From a bacterium (GTDB lineage: Bacteria > SAR324 > NAC60-12): a stretch of 10,367 bases of DNA. The notes under the pieces are model-generated. The model did not search any database and was not told the DNA's origin. It saw only the letters and a list, made by a program, of their open reading frames with translations. The DNA lies in assembly GCA_965233585.1 (NCBI GenBank), contig CBDDTI010000509.1, positions 1-10,367 on the forward strand. The letters run 5' to 3'. A program made the position numbers and the translations under genes. Shown here one piece after another: positions 1 to 8,724 of the stretch; position 1 is the first letter of the stretch; every line of letters begins with the position of its first letter.

Positions 1-174
1 GCCATTCATTGTGTTTGATGAATTTGTTAATTAGCCAATGATCTCGCAAAAGATATGTAGACTTGTTAAATTTTTGTCGTGTATTCTTTTGTTAGTTGAT
101 AAAATGTTTCATTGCCCAACAAGAACTATGAAAATAGTTGATTACGTATAACTAAATTCTCTGCTTCCTTTCAG

Positions 175-220
175 GAGGTTAAATGCAATATGTTATGAAG
201 AGAACAAGTTGAGGACTTAA
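175..220 (+). CDS. Possible short terminal coding exon (..RLNAICYEENKLRT*) of an upstream gene; very tentative
   Basis: Polypyrimidine tract and CAG acceptor (TTCTCTGCTTCCTTTCAG, ending 174), then a frame from 176 open to TAA at 218-220. No homology recognised. Confidence 0.15.
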
Positions 221-681
221 AAAATGTTAGCCTTTAACAAATTGTGTTACAGTGTAAATAACACTGAAATATGGTATGAAAAGATGTAATTGAGCGATGG
301 TTTCTGGGCATTTGCTATAGTTTATGGTTTCGTTTCTTGGAAAACTTGGCAGGTTAACGCCCGACTAAACTAGGAAACATTGTTTCTTGATCATGATGTA
401 TCAGGGATGTTTAAATTAGCGCGAAGCAAACAAAATAGGTACATTTGTATATTTCTTAGCCGTGCTCTGCAAAACAACAACGTGAAGTGACCGACTGACT
501 GCGTAGTCGACCTCTGAGGAACGCGAACGGCGACAGCTTGCCTTTGCGTTGCATATATTTTTAGTCTGAGCACGGTAGACAATTGCAAATTTCTCGGGTA
601 AAAAGTTATTTCATTTTATGCAGATGCCGGCCCAAAATATATAAACGATGGCCGCCTTTTGTTTACCATAAGAGAAACCGG

Positions 682-1084
682 AATAGCCCATTGCAGAAAC
701 GTGAGAGGACTGGGACGAGTTTCTTATATTGATTACATTGAAAATCTAAACATTTCAACGGAAATGTTACTGAATGTAAAGCTACTCAGCCAACTTTAAG
801 AGTTTTCAGTAGAAAATTGTTCAGATCGGAGCCTCGCAAAAGTTGCAAAATTCCATACAAATCCTTATAATTTTGTGGCTTGTCTACCCAAGCCATACAA
901 ACTCTCTATTTTAGGTGATATATGAAGAGCTACCATTTTACTATTTTCCTCCTCTAGATACTTCTACTCTTGGTAAAGACTCTTAAATTTAATTGATCTT
1001 TCATTTGAATATCTTAGTTTTTCAAACAAACGAAAAACAGCCATACTCTTTCCCAGTCCTCTCACGTTTCTGCAATTGCCTATT
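682..1084. mobile_element. ~400-bp MITE with ~34-39-bp TIRs, nested in HINE-A copy 1
   Basis: AATAGCCCATTGCAGAAACGTGAGAGGACTGGGA (682-715) pairs with TCCCAGTCCTCTCACGTTTCTGCAATTGCCTATT (1051-1084) at 32/34. The AATA..TATT ends fit a TA or AT TSD, so the superfamily is ambiguous. Confidence 0.85.
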
Positions 1085-1338
1085 GAAGTGAGACAACAGA
1101 GCTGGAACAAATTGGCCTCGAGGGTGGCTATCATTGGCGTAGGTGAGCGTGAAAACCGGCCACCCGGGTCATAAGAAAAAACAAAAATACAGAACAGAGT
1201 TCTGAAGGCGGAATGATTGGGGATGGAGGTGGGAAAATACTCTGGAGTGAACTCCTCGAAGTCTGCGAAGTAAAGAGGACGAACGAATGTGCTATGGTCT
1301 TTAAGTGCACCGAAGGAATTCGCGGTGTTTCACGAATT

Positions 1339-1487
1339 TAACCACATTATTGATAAACGGATAATCTCCAAATTCCAGCCATCAGAACTGCCATGTGGTA
1401 AATATGATAAGATAGCACTAATGAGTGTAACTAAAGCCGGCCTCTACATAACTGACATTATGGAGGTATCCATAATCTCGTGTTTTT
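1339..1487 (+). repeat. 149-bp direct repeat, also at 3882-4030 (3' end of HINE-A)
   Basis: Ungapped alignment at offset 2543 with 4 mismatches (145/149). It also explains the shared peptide of ORFs 1289..1531 and 3838..4041. Confidence 0.97.
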
Positions 1488-1527
1488 ATGCAGATGCCGG
1501 CCCAAAATATATAAACGATGGCCGCCT
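1484..1527 (+). repeat. 44-bp exact direct repeat, also at 614-657 (5' end of HINE-A)
   Basis: TTTTATGCAGATGCCGGCCCAAAATATATAAACGATGGCCGCCT is identical at both sites. Confidence 0.97.
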
Positions 1528-1782
1528 CTAAAAGGGGGAATCTCTAGAAGGGCCAATCTCTAAAAGGGGCAATCTCTAAAACGGGGAATCTCTAAAAGGG
1601 GCAATCTCTAAAAGGGGGAATCTCTAAAACGGTGAATCTCCAAAAGGGGGAATCTCTAAAACGGGGAATCTCTAAAAGAGGGAATCTCCAAAAGGGGGAA
1701 TCTCTAAGACGGGGAATTTCTAAAAAGGGGAATCTCTAAGACGGGGAATCTCTAAAACGGGGAAATCTCTAAAATGGGGGAT
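1526..1782 (+). repeat. Minisatellite, 16 copies of 16-bp CTCTAAAA(G/C)GGGGAAT
   Basis: Counted unit by unit; contiguous with no spacers; one 17-bp unit. Confidence 0.97.
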
Positions 1783-2968
1783 CGTATGAAGGTCCTGGCC
1801 GAGGAATTGGAGAATCTATCTGGACTGTTGAAATGGTAAACCGAAATAAATAAGAACGGCTGAATTTATTCATTGGAGTCATATCGTGCGCTAAAGTATA
1901 TCTGTTTAGCGGGCCACTGAGTTTCAAATCTCGTTTCTTACTCTTTGAGATTCTCAACGCTGACAGAAGAATCGAACCGCCTGAATTCATTTGAACTCCT
2001 GACTGTGATGTTTTTAAATTGAGTTTCATAGCGATAGATATTCGTCCTAGCGTTATCAGGTACTAATTGATGGAAAGACGTGCTACTTAATGACAAATAT
2101 ATGGCACAAACAATGAGTTAATGTGATAGACTACGTTTGAATTTTTAAGCTTTGCGTGACCCGAAATTTTCACGGCGCGCTGCTGAGAGAGCTGTAATGT
2201 TTGCTAAAGAGTGATGTATTTCATGCAATTTGGCTATCTGAACAGTATTAGAAAAAGTACTATTGAAATTTTGAGTTTCCTTCGGCTTGTGTGACAAACT
2301 CAGTGACAGATGTTTTTGTTGGTTTCCGGGCAGCATGTGGTCTAGGCAGCATGGCGTCTCCTGACAAATCTCTTTAAATGTGGTAAAAAAATTTGTTCGT
2401 ATATCTTGCATAAGAAAAATTGCAGTGACCTGAATCTCGGCGGGAGTACGCTTTGCATATTTACTTTCTTTCTTTTCCCTTATTCTGGGATTTATCCATT
2501 GAATGGTTTTGATTTTGATTTATCTTTATTTTGATCTATTTTGAGTGGCGTGATGTGCCGGCGGTGTTCTATGGCATAATTTATATTAGCTTACTTTTTA
2601 AGTTAAGAGTTGAGGAGAATTTACTATTCCATGACAATATTTAGGCTATCTGACACAGAAACTCTCATCGATCGGTTGTAAGATATTTTGGCGGGAATTT
2701 CGCGTATAATCCGTCATTGTGTGCTTCACGATACATCTTTCTACGCGATGCGGTCTTGCGAAGCTAGACAACTTCAAAATTCCCATTGCATTTACTTCAA
2801 AGAAAAACAAAATCGGTCATTTCGAAAGTCTTTCATAATTTAAGTGGACTGATCTTGGAGGACAAGATGTCATCGGGCAATGAAAACTTATGTGGTTTAG
2901 GATAAATTCAACTACCATTTTGTTATGATCTGCGGGAAAAAAAAAATATCAAAAATATTAATGAAAGT

Positions 2969-3118
2969 GAGAATTTCCCGGCTCCTTTTAGAGATTTACC
3001 GTTCTCCGTTCCTCCTTCTCCGAATCCCCATTCCCCGCAGCTTTAACTTTTAATTTGTAGTTGCAGAATTCTTAATAAAATTGAAGAAAAGGAGTGAGAT
3101 TCCCTCTTTTAGAAATTC
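2969..3118 (-). repeat. Degenerate internal relic of the foldback right arm
   Basis: CTTTTAGAGATTTACCGTTCTCCGTTCC...ATCCCCATTCCCCGC (~2985-3038) mirrors 3765-3810. GAGATTCCCTCTTTTAGAAATTC (3096-3118) is a decayed 16-bp unit. Confidence 0.6.
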
Positions 3119-3590
3119 ATTGCAAAATGGGATTGACAAGCCTACACGACTTCTACGGCTCGTGACATTTGTACATTTGCCGTTCTCTGTTAGGTCACTC
3201 ATCCTTCATGTTGTGTTATACTAGCTGGAGGAAATTTAAGCAGAGTAGAGCCGTTAGACAAAGAGGTCATGGGTCTGCATGATTTCCACTGTTATCTGCA
3301 TGTCGCTTCGCCTCTGTAATTTGCCATGTGTTAGTGTATTGTTTTGGCTCATTTCTTTTGCAAGATATGTTTTTAAGTCTCCAAGTATTTGCTTTTGAGG
3401 AACAGATTATGACGTACAGTGTGTTGTGAGCGTTTTGCTTACTTGCATTCTAAATTGTGACGCCGGGCCTGGCTATGATTAAGAACTGTTTGCAAGTACA
3501 GTATAGATTCTTGTCACGGGTATCATATTAGCCCTCGTGCGCTTTTCTTCGGAGACGCGTAGCTTTACTTCGAAAAAGCTATATGCTTTT

Positions 3591-3780
3591 TTTTAGAGAT
3601 TCCCCCTTTTAGAGATTCCCCGTTTTAGAGATTCCCCCTTTTGGAGATTCCCTATTTTAGAGATTCCCCCTTTTAGAGATTCCCCCTTTTAGAGATTCCC
3701 CGTTTTAGAGATTCCACCTTTTAGAGATTCCCCATTTTAGAGATTGCCCCTTTTAGAGATTCCCCTTTTAGAGATTCCAC
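3591..3780 (-). repeat. Minisatellite, 12 copies of TTTTAGAGATTCCCC(C/G), the reverse complement of the 1526-1782 unit
   Basis: Counted unit by unit. Confidence 0.97.
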
Positions 3781-3810
3781 ATTCCCCGTTCCCCGTTCCC
3801 CATTCCCCGC
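3781..3810 (-). repeat. 7-bp repeat (TTCCCCR)4; canonical G-quadruplex motif on the minus strand
   Basis: C4 runs at 3784-87, 3791-94, 3798-3801 and 3805-08, separated by 3-nt loops. Confidence 0.85.
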
Positions 3811-4238
3811 TCCTTATTTTAGAACTAGCCCAGCTCGTTGAACACCCCATCGGCAAAGCCTGATCATAATAGTAAAGATTATAACCACATTATTGATAAA
3901 CGGATAATCTCCAAATTCCAGCCTTCAGAACTGCCATGTGGTAAATATGATAAGATAGCACTAATGAGTATAACTAAAGCCGGCCTCTACATAAATGACA
4001 TTGTGGAGGTATCCATAATCTCGTGTTTTTTGACTATATAGGCGTCGTCCTTGCCGTTCGTCTTCACGTACTTATAAGCTCTCTATCAAAATGTTTCGCT
4101 GCCGCGATGTAAGCCGCGTTGGCCAAACGAGCTGAACGAGGATATACTAGGCCTTCTTTGGAAAACAAAGGTTCACGGATGTGCATTGTAGTAAACTGAC
4201 TCCAAAGAAGTCTCCAGAAGAATGTGTTTCCCCTTTTT

Positions 4239-4268
4239 GCTCATGGATGTTACGTAACATCCATGAGC
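4239..4268. repeat. Perfect 30-bp palindrome
   Basis: GCTCATGGATGTTAC|GTAACATCCATGAGC. Confidence 0.99.
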
Positions 4269-4294
4269 GTAGAAGGCAATCGGATGGCGCTCGA

Positions 4295-4340
4295 TCACTC
4301 ATTCACTCACTCACTCACTCACTCACTCACTCACTCACTC
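4295..4340 (+). repeat. (TCAC)n microsatellite, ~11.5 units
   Basis: Read directly; one TCAT variant. Confidence 0.98.
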
Positions 4341-4479
4341 GATTCTGATTAATTTATTCATTAAAACCGGATTAAATCGTTTCTCCTATCCCTCCCCTGC
4401 TTAGTATGGTTCTTGTCCTAGGCATTTCGTGGTGTAGGTTCAGCAGGTTTTAGCGGGGTACTAGAGAGGCGAATTTTGT

Positions 4480-4760
4480 GTCCGGCAACATAGAGTTCAT
4501 ACATATGGTGGTTGACGCGGCACGAAGATGGTTTTTTGTTCAATTCGTGGAGTTGCATAATTGAAATTTGTCAAGCTAAGCAGCAGTAGCTGCGACAAAT
4601 GGACATGGAAAGACTAGAAGGAAGGACGTGCGGCAGCATAGCGTATCGCAGCATGAGGATGGGCTTTCGTTCAATTTTAACGAGGAGACCTTTCGTGGAG
4701 TGCTATAATTGAAAATTATAAAGCTAAGGAACATTAGCTTCGGCAATATGGAAAAGACGA
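4480..4760 (+). repeat. Two degenerate ~148-bp tandem units
   Basis: GTCCGGCAACATAG (4480) and GTGCGGCAGCATAG (4628), and TTCGTGGAG..ATAATTGAAA..AAGCTAAG..TAGCT (4544 and 4692), both match at offset 148. GCAyGArGATGG..GTTCAATT matches at 4520 and 4651. Confidence 0.8.
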
Positions 4761-5336
4761 CGATGTTACGACCGAAAAAATGTCTGGTAAAATGTTACCT
4801 GAAGGAGGAAACAATGCAAAGGAGAATGAATGGAATTTTTGCGGGTGAAGGAGATTAAAGTGTATTGCTTATTGGAAACAGCTCAGTCTGTTTCTCGCTA
4901 TAGGTTAGTGTCTCTTGCCTTTTTCTTTACATTTTTGGCCTTCATGCTACCCTTTCCTCGTTTATGCCTGCAAGGCAGGGCATATTTTTTAGGGATATAC
5001 TTGGCCTTGTTTTAGGAAAGTGTTGCAAAGTTAGGTATTGCGTGACAAAACCTTACAGTTACAAACAATATTAGTCGGAAATATAACCTATGTATAAGCC
5101 TTTGTTGTTAACGTAGCCATGTAATTATCTCTACTACGTATCGCTTGGAATATAGAAAACTAGTTCTTGATATCCGTTTTAAAACGTGGGAATATTAGTT
5201 CCTCACTCACTCTCCGAGGGGCACAGGGGTAGACTGACGCATTAGAGGGTGTAAAATATCAAGTCTTTATCAAAGCGGAGCGCGCCCGGGAGAAATTGCG
5301 GTGAATAGAAGGGTTGTTGTATTTTGCACGAACTAT

Positions 5337-5943
5337 GGGCCGATCCGCACTAGCAGAAAATTTGTTTATTTAGACAAAATTTCTGTCAACACCAACGCTC
5401 TACAAGTGCGGATGGTTTGTTGCCACTTGACAATTTTTGGCTGAAGCGGACAAAACTTCAAATGCACCGCCGACAAAATTTGTCCCGGGTAAAAATTGGA
5501 CAAAATCGTTTAAATAAACAAAATTTGTTTATCTTGTCATTGATTTATGTCATAAAGCGAATAAATTTAGCGTCTCAGTTGTTTCTCGTGTTAATGTTCC
5601 AAAACTAGATTTTACAATTTTCGCAGTGGACAAAATGAATAGTAATGCTTCATGGAATTTAAACCAAACGGCGAGCTATCCTTTATATAAACAACCGAAT
5701 TCTGTACGGCGCTGTAACATCCCCCCTTACGATGACCAGTTTGGCTATCCACATGTTGCAAGGAGACGCTTTCGAAATAGAGGAATTTTTCAAACACGCC
5801 AGTTGCCATCCGACGACACAATTTGTAGACTTTAACCATGTGAATGCGAATGCAACAGACGAGACAAAAATTGTCACGACAAAATTTGTCCTTGGATTTT
5901 GCCACGGACAATTGCGATTTTGTCTGCTAGTGCGGATCGGCCC
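5337..5943. mobile_element. 607-bp PIF/Harbinger (Tourist-like) MITE
   Basis: Perfect 21-bp TIRs GGGCCGATCCGCACTAGCAGA (5337-5357 and 5923-5943), 3-bp TSD TAT (5334-5336 and 5944-5946), and repeated subterminal GACAAAATTTGTC motifs. Confidence 0.92.
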
Positions 5944-6922
5944 TATCTTTTAAATCCCACCAAACAACCTACTATACCCCATGACAATTTAAATTGATTT
6001 CCCTCGATAAAGCTTCAAATATATTCATCGTACAGTTCATAAGGTAACTGTTGACATACTTCATACAGTTCTCCCCTTCGGCAGCAGTACGCCACTTCTG
6101 TTGAATTAAATTTGATAAAATGTTCTAAGGAATACCATAATTCAAAAGCAATAAGCGTAGAGGCATGAATTGAACTTTAGCATAAATAATGCTGGTACGA
6201 TATTTGTTTTGAAATCCAATGTGTTGTGGCAAATGGTTTCATGGCTAATGTTGTAGCTCAGCGTTTGTTGAAACTTTAGACAAGACAGTTATTTTCGTAA
6301 CCACGCCAAAGTAATATTATATCGTGTCTTTTTAGCGTGAGTATTTCTGTGCTATGCTCTAATATGCAGAGAATGGCATGTTTTTGGCAAGATAAACGCA
6401 TCACGTTTTGCACGTTTTTAACCCGAGACAGTATGTTATTGTATTTAGCGCGAATTTCCGCTAAAAAGCAATAAGAATTGTTAGATCTTTTTCATAGGAG
6501 TAATATGCAAGTGGAGTTCTTTTTTATTTATTTGGTGAAATAAGGTAATAGGTGAAACAGAGATCTTTGGGAAGAACGCATGTGTTGTTGTGTTGTTTAA
6601 CGATAACCAGATGTCGAAATCATGCGATTGTGAAACATGTAAGCTAAGTTGACCTTTATGAAAGGGATAAGATTTTTTAAATTTTTTTTAGCTGAAATTT
6701 TTTTTAATACAACGAAAACGTTCTGCACCCATTCCAGTAGCTTAGAGCCAATTACGCCTCAATTGTTTGATGCCAAATTACTTCAGGTGGCTTCACACAA
6801 GCTTGAATGTTGATATTTAAAGCTTTGTAATCGGACATTGTGAACAGACCACGAGAAGACGGTAAATTGTTTTATTGTTACATTATTCTTATCAGTGCTA
6901 GCCTGATGGGCCGCTTGGCACA

Positions 6923-7543
6923 GACACAATTTTTTTTATAATATATTAATAAGAATATCGCGGCTGAAATTTTAAGAATAAAGCCGGGGCTGAGATTTTT
7001 GAAAAGGATAGAAATAATTTTGTGTGTTGAAACATCTGTAAATACAATACAATTTTCTTTTTCTTAACAAGGAGTTTACTGTGGTGATTACACTTGATTG
7101 TCCTTGACAAAGCTGAAACAAAATCGGGTACTTTCGTTTCCATCATGCTTTTTTAACAACAACAACAACTTTATTATACCAAATAATAATAGTCAATGGA
7201 TGGCCTACCCCGCAAATAGTGAGAAAAAAAAAGCTAATCGAGGCGGGGCAAGCCAAATACAAGAACACACCTATTAAAAGACAAACTTACACAACAGCAG
7301 TTAGTTTAACAAATTAAAGGTACAGATTACAAAAAGACTTATGTCAGTGTCGGCGTTTGACGTGACACTTAGACCTCACTGACTACAACGAAAAGCGATG
7401 GAGCACTGCACAACAAACGGAAATGTCATACGCTATCATTAAAGAATAATACAAGAATGCTTTCAGCCAAAAATCGGCAGAAAAATAAGAATATTCAGCC
7501 TGGGCCGGAAAAACAAGATTCTTATAAAACAAAAAAGAGTGTA
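6923..7543. mobile_element. Decayed MITE, probably Tc1/mariner-like (TA-CAC ends)
   Basis: Left GACACAATTTTTTTTATAA (6923-6941) matches the reverse complement of the right end, TACACTCTTTTTTGTTTTATAAGAAT (7518-7543). Both ends carry inward-facing AAGAAT and GGCTGA motifs. Confidence 0.55.
7155..7340 (-). mobile_element. 3' end of a 5'-truncated non-LTR retrotransposon (CR1/L2-group LINE or dependent SINE); 5' boundary approximate
   Basis: On the minus strand: a GC-rich stem (7243-7254 with 7202-7213), then AATAAA (7170-7175), then a (GTT)5 tail (7155-7169). The upstream sequence is T-rich and 3'UTR-like. Confidence 0.75.
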
Positions 7544-7580
7544 TGCAGACTTTGACTTCCACCGTCTGAGTTTCCATTTG

Positions 7581-8724
7581 CAGAGCGAGTGCTTGTGCAA
7601 AACGTTCGTAGTTACCAGCCAAAACTAGCCAAAAGCAGCTACAACCACCCAAAACCACCAACAAAGCCAGCCAAAAACGACCCAAAACTTCCCACAAAAC
7701 CTGAAAAAACGTTTTGTTTACGGTGTTGCGTGATGTTGCGTGATGTTATAGTGCTTGATACTGCATGACAAATACTGTGACAGTGTAGACCACGTGTGTA
7801 TCTTTCTCGTGGACATGAAGTCATTTCTTGTTTAGCAATTGCGCCAGATAGATTATCACTGATACAGTCTTGAAGATGCATTAGGACTCTGAGGTAATTT
7901 TACAAGAACTTATCTCTTTTTTCGACTGAAACAGACAAACACTCAGAGGCTTATCATATCGATCAACTGACAACCGGATACTATTATTGTCGTAATTCTA
8001 CCCAAACAAAAGGAGATCCTTTTAGCCTTCAACAACATCCTGTGATGTTTACTGTTCTACTCGCAAGATTTTCATTTAATCGTGAAATTTTTATATGGGC
8101 TCCGGGAGAGCAAGCAAACAACCCGAAAGTTTTAGTTTCCGGTCAACTGCTGAATACTCGTTCTTCTATTTTCGACATTTTGTGTCTTGTGTTTTCGATA
8201 AGATGTGACATCAAAATCTCATGTCAGAATCGCTACTCGAAAACTTATTCTTAGTTTTAACTTGACATCAGTCTGAGTTGCAAAAATATATCTGCTGGCT
8301 TGTTTTCAGCTATAGAGAACACTTTAACTTTTCGAGGGAGTTTTAATGCGAAGTTCTTAATTGCAATATAAAACACGATATCTAAGGTCAAGAAAATTTC
8401 AACGTGATAGTCACGCAACATCACACCGACGGCCATCTACGCGAGTATCGCACAAACCGGTCGTGATAAGGTATATTGTGCATGGATTTGGGTCGTTTTG
8501 GCTGGGTTTGCGTGGTTTTGGCTGGCTTTAGGTGGTTTTGGCTAGTTTTGGCTGGTTTTGGGTGGTTCCATATGTTTTAGTAACTACGGCAAAACGTTTC
8601 CCATGAAAATCATGAAAATCACATGCGAATGACTGTAAAGGTGACATCATATTTTCATACCAGTAGTTTCGCACAAAGACTCGTTTTGCCACAAGGGCAA
8701 AAGTAAACTTGGGAGTGGACTATT
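7581..8724. mobile_element. Old palindromic MITE split by the Mutator-like insertion; left terminus uncertain (possibly ~6905)
   Basis: CAGAGCGAGTGCTTGTGCAAAAC (7581-7603) matches the reverse complement of 8666-8688 at 18/23. An inner ATGAAAAT/ATTTTCAT pair is present. The right end GGACTATT resembles the CTATT end of the 682-1084 MITE. Confidence 0.55.
7607..8588. mobile_element. 982-bp Mutator-like (MULE/foldback-type) non-autonomous element
   Basis: Terminal CGTAGTTAC / GTAACTACG; exact 10-bp TSD GCAAAACGTT (7597-7606 and 8589-8598); inverted 10-bp-period subterminal arrays (7616-7690 and 8487-8567); inner 14-bp IR (7730-7743 and 8411-8424). Confidence 0.9.

Larger units (their letters stand above)
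614..1487 (+). mobile_element. Non-autonomous Helentron-type element (HINE/DINE-1-like), family A, copy 1
   Basis: Starts in a T-run. 5' subTIR TTATGCAGATGCCGGC (616-631) is the reverse complement (14/16) of GCCGGCCTCTACATAA (1436-1451). That is followed by a perfect hairpin ATTATGGA-GGTA-TCCATAAT (1457-1476) and CTCGTG-TTTTT. No TSD other than the T-runs. Confidence 0.7.
1526..3831. mobile_element. Foldback-like non-autonomous DNA transposon with inverted minisatellite arms; left terminus deleted
   Basis: The 16-bp array at 1526-1782 is inverted relative to the array at 3591-3780. The right arm continues into 7-bp repeats and a unique end (TTATTTTAGAACTAGCCC, to ~3831) that has no left counterpart. 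No transposase ORF is recognisable inside. Confidence 0.75.
1484..4030 (+). mobile_element. HINE family A, copy 2 (tandem with copy 1; interrupted by a foldback element)
   Basis: 5' subTIR at 1486-1501, 3' subTIR at 3979-3994, hairpin at 4000-4019 (one G.T pair), ends CTCGTG-TTTTTT. It shares the T-run 1483-1487 with the end of copy 1. Confidence 0.68.

Noticed and set aside
1339..1527. Templated-insertion repair patch copied from both flanks
   Set aside because: It does not explain why the two pieces carry complementary subTIRs, a terminal hairpin and T-run boundaries. Kept only as the alternative hypothesis.
1289..1531. Paralogous small proteins (ORFs 1289..1531 and 3838..4041)
   Set aside because: Identity comes solely from the DNA repeat; the starts are non-ATG and no domain is recognisable.
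1526..1782. CRISPR-like array (also 3591-3780 and 9060-9378)
   Set aside because: Units are contiguous or have linkers related to each other, with no unique 25-45-bp spacers and no cas genes; the context is eukaryotic.
3781..3810. Telomeric repeat
   Set aside because: The GGGGAAY unit is not TTAGGG, has only four copies and is part of a transposon arm.
1339..4030. 149-bp direct repeats as LTRs of an LTR/TRIM element
   Set aside because: No TG..CA ends, PBS, polypurine tract or 4-6-bp TSD; the subTIR and hairpin inside the repeat fit a HINE 3' end better.
503..4086. TIR pair based on CGAACGGC (524-531) and GCCGTTCG (4053-4060)
   Set aside because: Only an 8-bp match with no TSD; more likely internal motifs of a split host repeat.
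5417..5953. Five overlapping ORFs as a transposase fragment
   Set aside because: All lie in or run just past a 607-bp MITE, overlap on both strands and show no DDE or Myb motif.
7383..7881. Hydrophobic signal-peptide-like ORFs on the minus strand
   Set aside because: The hydrophobic stretch is a translation of the GGTTTTGGCT repeats, and the frames cross TE junctions.
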